Assembly: GCA_002633005.1 (NCBI GenBank)
Contig: NMRA01000378.1
Location: 70,759-134,758, forward strand
Origin: Phoronis australis
Taxonomy: Eukaryota; Animalia; Phoronida
DNA length: 64,000 bases
Direction: 5' to 3'
The notes below the pieces were generated by a model. That model saw nothing but the letters and a program-made list of their open reading frames with translations, searched no databases and was not told the DNA's origin. The translations under genes were made by a program, and so were the position numbers. Position 1 is the first letter of the stretch. Every line of letters begins with the position of its first letter. Shown here piece by piece: positions 11,529-22,129 of the stretch.

Positions 11529-14500
11529 CTGAAACATAAATGTTCATATGACTCAAAATAATTTCGCAAAATCCTTTGTTTCTATGTACCAAACTAAAAA
11601 AGTATCGTAAGTGTAGATGTAAAGCTCGAAAAGTAGAATTCAGATTCTAAAAGATAGCTTTAATACTGTGGTCAAAAAAGCACACTAGATTTTAGAAAGT
11701 CATCCACTGATCCACACCAACCATAACACACAGAACAAAATTTTGTATTGAATTAGAACACAAATGACAAAAACTATTCGATAGAGTACACAGATTAGAC
11801 TTCAGGCTTTACATACGATTTGCTACTGTGCGAATAAATCTACACTGAAATGGTGCCCTATAGTCGCTGCAGTAACAGTTCTGCACATTTCAAAATAATA
11901 TTATTACTTTGAAACTGTATGGCTCAATAAACAGGTCTATACTACAATAGAGGTGTATATGTATTTCTCATCAATCAGGACCTTACTGGAACTGTGAAAC
12001 TATGTAAGTCAACAAATAGGACTGAATTTTTGAAGTGAAACAAACGGGGTTTTACTTGGACAATACAACCGTACTGTAGGACTCAGCAAACAGAACATTA
12101 GTTGGACAGTGCTTGGGAAGCTGTTTGTTACAAACAGGACTTTACTTGGAGAGTGAAACCGAATGTCTCAACAAACATCTCGCAAGAAATTAAATGTAAC
12201 TTGTTAAATGCATTTATCGTCATTATTTTGACATTTGTCTCTTTAGTTTGATACTAACCCTTAGGGTTTATTTTGCATTACTCATCTCTATTTATAGCCT
12301 CAAGGGCCTACTTTTGTATTCATACAAGTCTCTACGCGACACCTGATTGGTCGCCCATATTTCCTTTGTTCAGTTCAGCCTGGTCTCTCTCATTCAGCCA
12401 CCTACCTTGTCGTCTACAAGACCTACGTTCGTTCTCTGCGTTTTTCCCCCACCCCCCATACCGGGTGTCGGTTCCACTTTCTCTTTTCTCCTAAACATTT
12501 CCTGTTAGGTTTTTTCAATTTTTGTGTTCATGTTCTGTACTTTTCCTTTACGCCCTTCAGGCAGTTCTTTTGTTTTGGTTCCCTCTTTCAGGGCTATTCA
12601 TTGTACACGCCGGTGGGTGTTTTGTCCATGCCCATCTTGCAGAGTCTTAGTTAGTTTTATCTATTTACGTCATAATAAATGACATTATTCNTGACTCACA
12701 ATAGAAGCCTGATAAGAGTGAAGGTGGATAAATGCGGTGTTCCTACAGTTTCTTGTTTTAGTGGATGTGTTCACGACATGTCCATGCCCATCTTGCAGAG
12801 TCTTAGTTAGTTTTATCTATTTACGTCATAATAAATAACATTATTCGCAATCCTCCTCTGGTTTTACTCTGCAACATAGCTCGTGGCTTACCCCGGGCAA
12901 AATAGATTACGATAAATAAGACTTTACTAATTGGGCAGTAAAACTGCATGTGCCAACAAACGTTTCTTTAGAAACGAGACCTTACTTGGACAGTGAAACT
13001 GTATCTCGTAATCTTCACACCTCTTCCTTTTTTTCTGGTCCTTATTCAAGCAAACAATGCCATCGACCGGGCTACATTTTATGGCCAGTAGATTTGGAGG
13101 AATCCCGGTGTCAGCGGTGAATTCGCAACATTTTTTCCCCTTAACACGACACACAGCGTAATCTGGCGTACCTCCATTACAAACGTTGATGCCACTTCGC
13201 TGAAATGATGCAATTGTTGCATACATGAAGAAACTATAGCATTGTTATTTTGCTGGTTCTAACTTGAGGCAAATGAAGTAAAATGTGACTGCTAGTTACA
13301 GCTAAATGAGTGCATATTATAGGGAAGAACTTGTAGCCCCCAGACACAATATATAGTCATTAAATAAAATCGCCACGTTTCAAGATTTCAATTGATTAAA
13401 TAAAGGCGAACTTCATTTCTATTTGTTAATACATGTAAGTCAATTCAGAAAATAATCGAGATCACCGGAACTTTAGCACAGAGAATACTTTTGAAGGATG
13501 ATTCTCTTGACTGCCTAAAAGGCTCGCACAAGACAGTGGATTGTACACCATTGATAGTTCTAAGAGAAACTATCTTTGTTTAGGCAATAGTCAGTCAAGA
13601 GTAGAAATGATTCCATGACAGAAATGCACTGTCCAACCACGGTTGTCGTTACGACGCCAAAGCCGGCAAAGTCCGTCAAACGAAATTGACGTAAGTAGGT
13701 AGACTGTAACATACAGTGGGTACCTCGAGAGTAACCACTGAGCTTGTTTTAACCCTCTTGAAGAAAAGTTTGTATTGGTCAGAATAAGAATAGATTTCAA
13801 CGGAAACGTGTAAACAGGAAATATAACAAGAAACTTTGGAAACTGTAGGCCTCTTCTTGCATGGGGTGAATCGTCCGAGTACCGTGATAACAATTATCTA
13901 ATTTCCTCAACGGGCCAACTCTCTCTGAATGATATAAAAATATACTATTTGTGGAAATAAATCGGAGACATCTTACTTGCATATCTGGTATTCTTTCAAA
14001 GTCTCCAAATCCATCTGGTGTATCTATACTCGTGAAGTTGGTCCAGTAGCCTACGTGGGAAGAAAATCAGGTTATAATCCATAGTCAGTCCCGAGTAAAA
14101 TACCTGCGTCACAACCTCGTTACGAGAGCTGAAAATGCGACCAAGGTTGTCAAAATAAAGTTCACTTATTATGACAGAACAAAAACACAATAAATGTTTG
14201 TGAAACTAAGATAAAATCAGTAAAATATAATAATGTCTGGTAAGATCAGCAATAAAAAACCCACACAGAGTTACAAGGTTGTGACAAAAGTGACGTGAGG
14301 TAGTGGGCAATCGAGTAACACTGAAATGTTTAGACACGTGCGTCTGTGTAGCTGACACAAGACAATAGAACTGAAACATGTAAAAGCAAACAAAAGACAT
14401 GTTACAGAATTGAGGAAAAAGGGGGTACAAGGGAAAGGAACTCATATGTTCATATCAATCTATTGAAAAAGGGAAATAATATATGTTGCACTTGCGCTGT

Positions 14501-15596
14501 ACATTAATGCACGTACAGGAAATTCTCTGTCGTTCCAAATGGTTTGATGGTCGCTTACGGAAACGGAAATACATCTTCCAATACACTGATCAGGGAAAAT
14601 ACTTACAAATTATTTTCATTTTAATATCTTATTTCTGTACATACAACAACATTCACCAATTGGTCACCGTAATTTTATGTACCGTTGTCATAACAATTGT
14701 GACGTTTCACAATTTCCCAACGTGTACATGTACCTTTTCGCATTGACACGAATATTGAAGCGTCCTCCACTCTCGTGTCTAGGTAGTATTGGTGAGCTCG
14801 GCACCACGTCTGATTATTCAGGACTATGTCCTCGCTAAGCTTCACTGTGTTGTTCAGTCCAAGGTCGAAGTAGTCGTTAGGATCGGGCGACACAACATTC
14901 TTCTTTATGAGTGACGCCGCACTGCGACTGCGGGCGGGGATATGGTATTTCAAGGCCCTCGCAGGCAACCCACCTGCAACATGACCACTAATTTAAATAG
15001 AGTGTGTTTTCATTCGACCGTATGCACTGCAGGGACAACTTTTGCTTGTTCAAAAAGCAAAAATGCGCACGTAAAACTGCCAAGCGATGTAACATCACTC
15101 CGCGTGTTCAGCTTAATTGCATAACAGGGAGCCAATACATAAATGAAATCAAACAGGTGCTTACTGTTTATTGTTTCTTTATTTTTTGTGTCGAGTACTT
15201 GTAAACGTTCAAATTGGGATTGAGATTTACTCATGCTCTAACATTCCTGTTTAGTAAACGCTCTTTTGCGGCAAACCCACCAACGCATCATCAGCACAGC
15301 TGAGAACGTTAGGGGTTCAGTGATACAATACATACCAATGAACTAAGTTGCTTTGTTACCCCCACTTCTATGCTCTTTATCAAACCTCCATTCACACCAG
15401 TGAGTGAATACAAGAACCAGTAAACTGAACACACGAGTTCACTGAACTGTTTCTACTTCGGAAAGGTAGCCGTCGATGCTCCACGGCAAGCTCTAGCTGG
15501 TGCAACGGCGTCTCATTGTGCACAGTATTTCTTCTTTGCAAATATCTTCGCCTACTTACACGTTAACAAAATGTATACGCAGACTGCACGCGCCAT
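10228..15596 (-). CDS. Secreted M4-family (thermolysin/pseudolysin/vibriolysin-like) zinc metallopeptidase preproprotein with an inserted Mucin2_WxxW domain; join(15560-15596,14734-14973,13977-14050,12986-13199,10228-11528), 1866 nt, 621 aa
   Basis: All four introns have GT..AG ends, and the phases (1,1,0,1) join into one open frame. Domain order: signal peptide, FTP, WxxW, rest of FTP plus PepSY, M4 catalytic and M4_C. Confidence 0.85.
12986..13199 (-). CDS. M4 peptidase exon 4 (Mucin2_WxxW C-terminal half)
   Basis: Acceptor tttcag|CGA in phase 0, matching exon 3; donor CCA A|GTAAGG in phase 1. CSPVDGIVCLNKDQ...CEDYEIQFHCP is the G-x-x-C-x-N-x-D-Q...C-x-D-Y-E-[IV]-x-F-x-C motif. Confidence 0.85.
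13977..14050 (-). CDS. M4 peptidase exon 3 (Mucin2_WxxW N-terminal half: GYWTNFTSIDTPDGFGDFERIPDMQ)
   Basis: Acceptor cacgtag|GC, donor CAA|GTAAGA. Matches the W-T-x-[WF]-x-x-x-D-x-P-x-G-x-G-D-x-E signature. The ORF track missed this exon. Confidence 0.8.
14734..14973 (-). CDS. M4 peptidase exon 2 (propeptide, FTP-like N-terminal part)
   Basis: Acceptor ttgcag|GT, donor AAAG|GTACAT, 240 nt, phase 1-1. WCRAHQYYLDTRVEDASIFV resembles the FTP R-x-x-Q-x-Y-x-G-x-x-V pattern. Confidence 0.8.
15560..15596 (-). CDS. M4 peptidase exon 1 (start and signal peptide MARAVCVYILLT-C)
   Basis: ATG GCG CGT GCA GTC TGC GTA TAC ATT TTG TTA ACG T|GTAAGT, a perfect donor in phase 1. Joined to exon 2 it gives MARAVCVYILLTCGLPARA-LKY, a hydrophobic core with an A-X-A cleavage motif. 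Confidence 0.7.
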
Positions 15597-16728
15597 CGAT
15601 CGCCGATTCGAAACAAAATACTGGCCCAGACTATTGCTTATGTATGTTCCTCCACCCCGGTAACTGCACACATCAATTTTAATTCCCTGTCATACAGCAA
15701 TGTACATTTGCGACAGACGTGTAATAACACGTGCTTAAAATAGGTGAAGAGCGGAAGACAGTCGTCCGATGTGAGTTATCCTTGTAGATCTTGTCGGTCG
15801 CCAGTGTATCAACTCAAAAGTGGCCCTTTTACTGAAACTACGTTGGTCAATTATTTCTCCCAATAAACGTTTTTTCAATGGCAATTGAACACACGCGGTG
15901 TTTCATGAAGAAAATTTATTGTCCCGACGCATGCTTATCTTGAACATTGATGCTGCGGTGCGTTGTTTAGTTATCTAATTGCAATACAAAAAAGTAACCA
16001 GATGTCAGCTGAAATGGGTTGGAACTCCTTTTTCAGCGTAGTCTGGTGCCAACCACAATCCCTTGAATTTATCTGTACCTCGATCACTACAAACGAGCAC
16101 TCGTTGTAATAAAACATAAAGAATGGACACTAAAATCAGTACGCTAAGAATGTTCTACTGAAATATGCATGGAGCTCTACGGAATAAGTTTCGAACAAAA
16201 TCTTTGAATACTTCTTTCATTTGATCACATTAAATTTCCTTGGAGTGGAGACTTGACGAAGAATCCCCAAAACAACATCACACCTTTAAGCCGGCTAAGT
16301 AACGACAAGACAGACGCACTTTGCACAGACCTGGATTTGTTTTCACGGACGCTCTTGAAGCAATACCGAACATTTATTTTCGAGCGCAACGGATAGTTTT
16401 TTGAGCTCAGTGTCAAATTAAAGGTAATTATACTCTGATTTTGTATTAGGTGTTGTTTATAACCAAAGTATCAAGGGTTGCTGGTTTCTAACGTGCGTGA
16501 TTTCATGGGTGATAAACGTGTGGTCAATCTGAAATCTCCGCCAAACGCCGAGTGTATGTTGTACTTCAAAAAAGAGTAGCACACAAGAAGAAAATAATCA
16601 TTGGTACATGTAGGTCTACCACCGGAATATCACCAGGGCCTAGTGTCGTGGCACCGGCTAAGGACAGATCTCAGTAGTGATGTCGAAAAAGGAAAGATTA
16701 GAGAGATTCTAAGTTTGGCAGATGTAAA

Positions 16729-16850
16729 TACATGTATATACACATACAAAGACAGATGCACACACACACACACATGCACACATACACACACATTCACACA
16801 CGCACCCACACACAGACACACATATATATGTATATATATACACACGTGAC
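16729..16850. repeat. Imperfect (CA)n/(TA)n microsatellite
   Basis: cacacacacacacatgcacacatacacacacattcacaca...tatatatgtatatatata. Confidence 0.9.
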
Positions 16851-17258
16851 ACAATTCAACCAATAAAGACGGTAACTGAGCCGAGAATCCACACAATGTG
16901 ATAATGAGGACACAGCAGAATAGCTTACATAAAAATTTAATACTTAAAAATATATACTTTCTTCTTATAGGATCTTGAGGCGTTATGGACATTCGATCAA
17001 ACATCGTTTCTTTAAACTTTGGGGCGTACTTCAAACCCAGTCTCTCGCCCATTATAACCAGTTACGCTATGCTTTGGCATTACTGTCTCTAGATTCATGA
17101 TCAACATGCATGTACATGTCCCGAGTAATATTAATGAAAAGAAGACCGATTACAAGTAATAGATAGTGAACAAACATCAGTAAAATAAAAAATGCTAGTC
17201 TCTGGTAAGATGGGCAATAAAAAGCGCCACTAGAGATGTTGTTAGACAGCTCATGAGT

Positions 17259-17733
17259 GACCCGTTCCAAACGCCGTAACAGCATTCAAGAGCCTACTAA
17301 ATGCAAGACGTTACATGCTTGCAGCACACTGTAATATATTACTATAATACATTATATACCGTAACACTCTTCAACGAGTGCCACAGTGCCCACAATGAGA
17401 CGGCATTTTCTTTGAGCAAAGAAAACAAGTTTGAAGTCGCGAGACGTAAGAGCTCTGAGATAGCGGTACTTTCATCTGAGGCTGCCATTTTGTAAATTCG
17501 GCCCGAAATACAGATTGCTGCTAGTCTCGAACCTGAACTTAAGCGAAAATCTTGGAAACAAGAGTAAACAGACTTGATCCTGGAGCTCACTGAAAAACGA
17601 ATGTAGGACTCGTTGAAGAGTGTTACGGTGTGTAATGTATTGTAGTAATACAGTATAATACAGTGAGCTGCAAGCATGTAACGGCTTGCATTTAATAGAC
17701 TCTTGAATGGTATTACGGCGATTGGAACGGGTG
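17259..17733. mobile_element. MITE with ~120-bp TIRs and 7-bp TSD CATGAGT (P-like CA..TG ends)
   Basis: (G/C)ACCCGTTCCAA...TTGGAACGGGTG, with CATGAGT at 17252-17258 and 17734-17740. The element is absent from the paralogous site near 1230. Confidence 0.9.
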
Positions 17734-17802
17734 CATGAGTAGCATTCTTGATTTATCAGTACGCACTGCGACTTAGAATCACTGGCGGTCCACTCGTGAG
17801 GG

Positions 17803-20800
17803 GCCTCTGTCTCCGCATCTGCTGGATTACAGCACTAGTCTAGCGGTAGTCCAAGGAAAGATGTTTTTAAGGACATTTTTATTATTTTTCATCTATTTTG
17901 ACCCATAGTGGACATCGTTCTGTTTCGTAGCACAGGTGCATTTTTGTTATTCATATACCCGTAGGCTAGCGTTCAACTGAACTCTCACCAAAACTGCTGG
18001 GAGGGCACTTGATTACTGAACTCAAAGCCTAGTTCGAGTTGTTGTCACGAAAAAATAAACAGCTAATGAATTACTTTTTGATGAGAACCTCTAGTATACA
18101 CTTCGTCTGCAGAGTTAAGGAGGCCTCATTTTGTAGTTGTTCAAACACGATACTTAGATTTATGAATCTTTAAAAACAACATTTTTGTTTTTTTTGTAAA
18201 TGTGATGGCCACTTTTTGCTAATATACCAGACTTGTTACCATACCACAGCTTAGTAATCATCCTACGTTTAAGATTAAATGCAAACTACCTTTATGCAAT
18301 GAAACCACAAAAAATATGAAGTTCATCAGAAGATTTGCCTTGATGGTGCACTGAATAACGGCCATTATTCCATGCGTTAACTTTGACTTTTGGAAACAGC
18401 CTTGGACCTACTTGAAGCTAACTGCTTGCCTAGGATAAGATGGGTTTTTGCCTGAGGTACGAACCTGATTTTTTAATCAAAATAATTTGCTCGAAGATTA
18501 GGAAACTATAAACAGTGCTATCGACTTGACATAATTTACTTGGAGAATACAATCAGTTGTGGTCTACTTTTCATTTGGCGGTATTTAGCACCAGGCAGAA
18601 TAAAAATATCTGCGAATCTTCACTGATTTTGTTCGAAATATCCTGAAATCTATGGCATCGTACAGAAAATTTGACTTGAAGGTAAATATTCAGCTTTACA
18701 TGAACGTATCGGATCAGTGGCCTTGTCAGTTTTCAAGTGAAGATGAACCCGGTGTGGGGTTCTTTGGGTTTTCGCCTGGCTCCGAAATACTTTTCCTCGA
18801 ACACTTATTTTTTCATCGTCGCAGCTTTAAAAATTCCCAATGCATGAACGTACGATTCTAAGCTGAAAAGTACCGCCTGTTTTCTACGTCGAAGCCCTTT
18901 CGGAAAGTGCAAAAACGCTCATCAATTCCACCAGGAACGTCGTTTAGCAACTGTGTATTTGCCTCTTACATCTTGTTTGTTTGTCGGTTATCACGTGACT
19001 TTTCGCAAGGACGCAGCGCTTGCGATAGGTCAATTTCTTTGACTTGGCTGCTATGACAAACCACGCGGAAGTGACGTGAGCACTGGAAAAATCCACAGAT
19101 TTCATCAAACTTTGTATCTTTTGCTCACTCAACTCTGGCTACATTTGTATAACGATATGTGCATTATTTAGAGGGGGTGGTTTGCTCATAAAACTGGAGG
19201 AAGAATTTTTGGTGTTTTTCTTGATGTAGAAATTTCAAATTTAACTTTTACAAAAAATAGGACTTCTAACAAAAAAATTAAAAGTTCTTCGTCCCGATTC
19301 TAAAAAATCGACCATATTTTCGTATATAAATAACCTTCACACCCTTGGTAAGGACTGTCCTATGTGAGCATAGACAGGTGTGCCGTCCATTCTGCGTGTT
19401 GTGAATTGACCTATCGCCAGGATTATGACGGACGGCTTAATTGACCAGTCAGAACGCAGCATTCTTGGCACACCTTCGTCTGCGTTGAAGCTGCTATTTT
19501 ACCCGAGAAACCACACGTAGTCGAGTAAAACTCACTTTAGTCTATAGCTCAAGAAATTGTCCGCTAAGAATGGGGAAAAGGTGTTGATATGGCGTGTGTA
19601 TCACCGACAGCCGTTATGCTGCTCCACTGAGAAGAATATCCCGTCATTTTTTGGCATGTTCTAAGCCGAAAGATGATGTTGAAAAGCGTTAAAATGGATC
19701 AAACTGTACGGCCACACGAGCAGCTGAACTTAGCGATGTTGCTTGATAACTCGAAGGCTATAGTAAACACAAATATATTAGTTCCAAGATACAGTGTACG
19801 TACTTTTCAGCTTGGTGGCTATGGTGCAGGGCTATCTCAGATTCTGACTCCCGAGTTTCCTACGTCTGACCGCCTTTTTCTCGGCACCTGCTCGGGATCT
19901 CAACACTCTAGCGGTAGTCCCCGGAATTTGTTGTTTTCAAGAACATTTTTGGTTTATTTTTTATTTATTTCAACCTAATGGACATTATTTTGTTTCGTAT
20001 CAGAGGTACATTTTTGTTATTCATAAACCGTAGGCTGGCGTTCAACTGAACTTCTCTCCCTGTCAAAATTCAGAGATTCGATCGGCACAGGGAAGGGCAC
20101 TGGATTACTGTCGGAACTCAAAGCCTTCTTGGTCGAGCTGTTGTCACAAAAAATAAACTGTTGAACTACTTTTTGACGTGTACCTCTAGTATACACTATG
20201 TCTGTAGGGTTAGAGAGGTTTCATTTTGAAGTTGTTCAAACATGATATTTAGATTTATGAAGCTTTAAAAAAGAATTTGAGTTATTTTTGTAAATACATG
20301 TACCCTATTTTTGCAACTAACACACCAGATTCGTAATCTTTTGTAACCATACCACGACTTAGTGATCATGCTACCTTCAAAATGAAATGAAAGCTACCTG
20401 TATGGAACTGAACTACAAAAAAATGCCAAGTTCATAAGAAGTTAGGCTTAATTTAAATGTCTTATTGGTGCAAACGGACAATTCCATAGGCGGATTTAGG
20501 GGGGCAGGGGCCCCAGCCCCCCCTTGACTGCCGCAAGGAAAATGAAACAGCAAGAGCGTGAGGAAATATTGAGTTCAGTAACTAGGACCGGTAAAGGAAG
20601 AGGGGGGCTCAGACGCCAGATCGCGGCGGAATCGTGTTCCTGTTTTTTTAGTCCACCGATAGATTTTCTGAACAGAAGTTCCAACGGTATACATCCCTGG
20701 CCCCTGCAACTTTCGGGCCGCCTGTACACTATACAATTGCACTTTGCCCAATTCCACGAGGCAACATATGTTGGCCCCCCTGTGGTATCCTAGATCCGCC

Positions 20801-21416
20801 ACTGAATTCCAGACATTAATTCGACTTAGACACTGCCCTAGACCTACCGGAGCTAACTGTTAGTGGCCAGGACGAGATGAGTGTGTACCTGAGCTATAAA
20901 CCTGAATTTTTTATCAAAATATTTCTTTACAAGATTAGAAAAGCGTAAACAGTGCTATCGAGTCGACCTTTTCAGAGACTATAGTGCATGTGTTGTTTGT
21001 AATCTATGACTTACTTTACTCCAGGAGTCCCACCAGTTGTAACCTACTTTTCATTTGGCGAAATTTAGCAGACGACAGAATAAAAATATCGGTGAATCTT
21101 CACTGATTTTATTCGACAGATCATGAAATCTATGGTTACGTACAGATAATTCGACTTTAAGGTACATACCCAGCTTTACATGAACATATCGTATCAGTGG
21201 CCTTGTCATTTGTCACGTGAATGTGGCCCCGAGGCCGGGGGGTTCTTCGGATTTTCGCTGGCTCCTCAAGCACTTATTTTTTCATCGTCACCTTAACAAA
21301 TTCCCATATCATGAGCGTGCGATTCACTGTTGAAAAGCATCCCCTCTTGTCTCTGTCGACACGTTTTCAAATAGTACAAAAACACTCATCGATTCCACCA
21401 GGAACGTCGTTTAGCG
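17803..21416 (+). repeat. Local direct duplication: 17803-18947 vs 19872-21416 (the second copy carries the 20485-20804 MITE)
   Basis: Shared CTAGCGGTAGTCC start, CCTCTAGTATACACT, AACAGTGCTATCGA, and end ATTCCACCAGGAACGTCGTTTAGC. Confidence 0.85.
20485..20804. mobile_element. G-rich-end MITE with 5-bp TSD AATTC
   Basis: CATAGGCGGATTTAGGGGG...CCTAGATCCGCCACTG; absent from the paralogous block near 18365. Confidence 0.8.
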
Positions 21417-21970
21417 CCAGCATAGACTATAGATAGAGACTGACAACTCCCGTTAGAGCGCGTTGCGCATGTCGCAGGCCACGGGACATAAGCACTAACG
21501 ATTAGAGGGCGCTGCACACGCAGGATAGAAAACTATCCTGGTTCCCGGGCCTCACAAGCTGACGTCACGGATTGCTTGTGAAGGCCCAGGTACAGCGCAC
21601 TAGAACGATGGTTTTCATTGGCTGTCAGCTGGCAATTTTTAAACCAGGAAGTTTTCTCTGCGCATGCTGACATCCGGTATTACGTTATCAGGTCGCTAGG
21701 TGTCGCGAGAGTAAAAGTTATTTTGAGACTGGGTCGAGTTTGCGGTCGGGGGGAACTCTCTGGTGAGGTAGCTGTTTATATATTGTGATATTACCAACAA
21801 ACTGTAGTAAAATCATGTAATTATCGATTCCTTACTAGGAAAATAAACATGAATTAACAATGGCTTCACTCTTTTCACTTGGCATTTTTTCAGTTTCATT
21901 GTTTGAATGCTTTTTATGAATTGAAAACGTCCCGAAATCCTGTATCCTCCCCTGCTGTAAGATCTTACAG

Positions 21971-22129
21971 CAGGGGATGGTCCAGGATTTTGAGTTAGGG
22001 GGCAGGGGCAAGGGCAGAGTATTTTGCCCGTCAGACATTTGCACCCCCAAACTGCTAAATGGAATCTGGGAGAATTTTAGGCAGGGCCATGACCCCCTTG
22101 CCGCCCCCACTTCCCCCTATCCGTCTCTG
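21971..22129. mobile_element. Short G-rich-end MITE with 5-bp TSD TACAG
   Basis: TACAG|CAGGGGATGG...TATCCGTCTCTG|TACAG. Confidence 0.65.

Noticed and set aside
11529-11592. ORF-track start MVHRNKGFCEII... for the protease
   Set aside because: It uses a non-ATG start, has no signal peptide and lies upstream of a clear tttcag acceptor, so it is intronic.
12625-12847. ~66-bp direct repeat in M4 intron 4
   Set aside because: The first copy ends exactly at an N (12691), so it is probably an assembly join.
15165-15234. Alternative first exon MSKSQSQFERLQVLDTKNKETIN (phase-1 GTAAGC donor)
   Set aside because: It is frame-compatible but hydrophilic, with no signal peptide. The 15560-15596 exon has a better donor and completes a signal sequence. 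It cannot be fully excluded without RNA data.
16630-17052. 140-aa hydrophobic, Cys-rich ORF
   Set aside because: It is the translation of the (CA/TG)n microsatellite.
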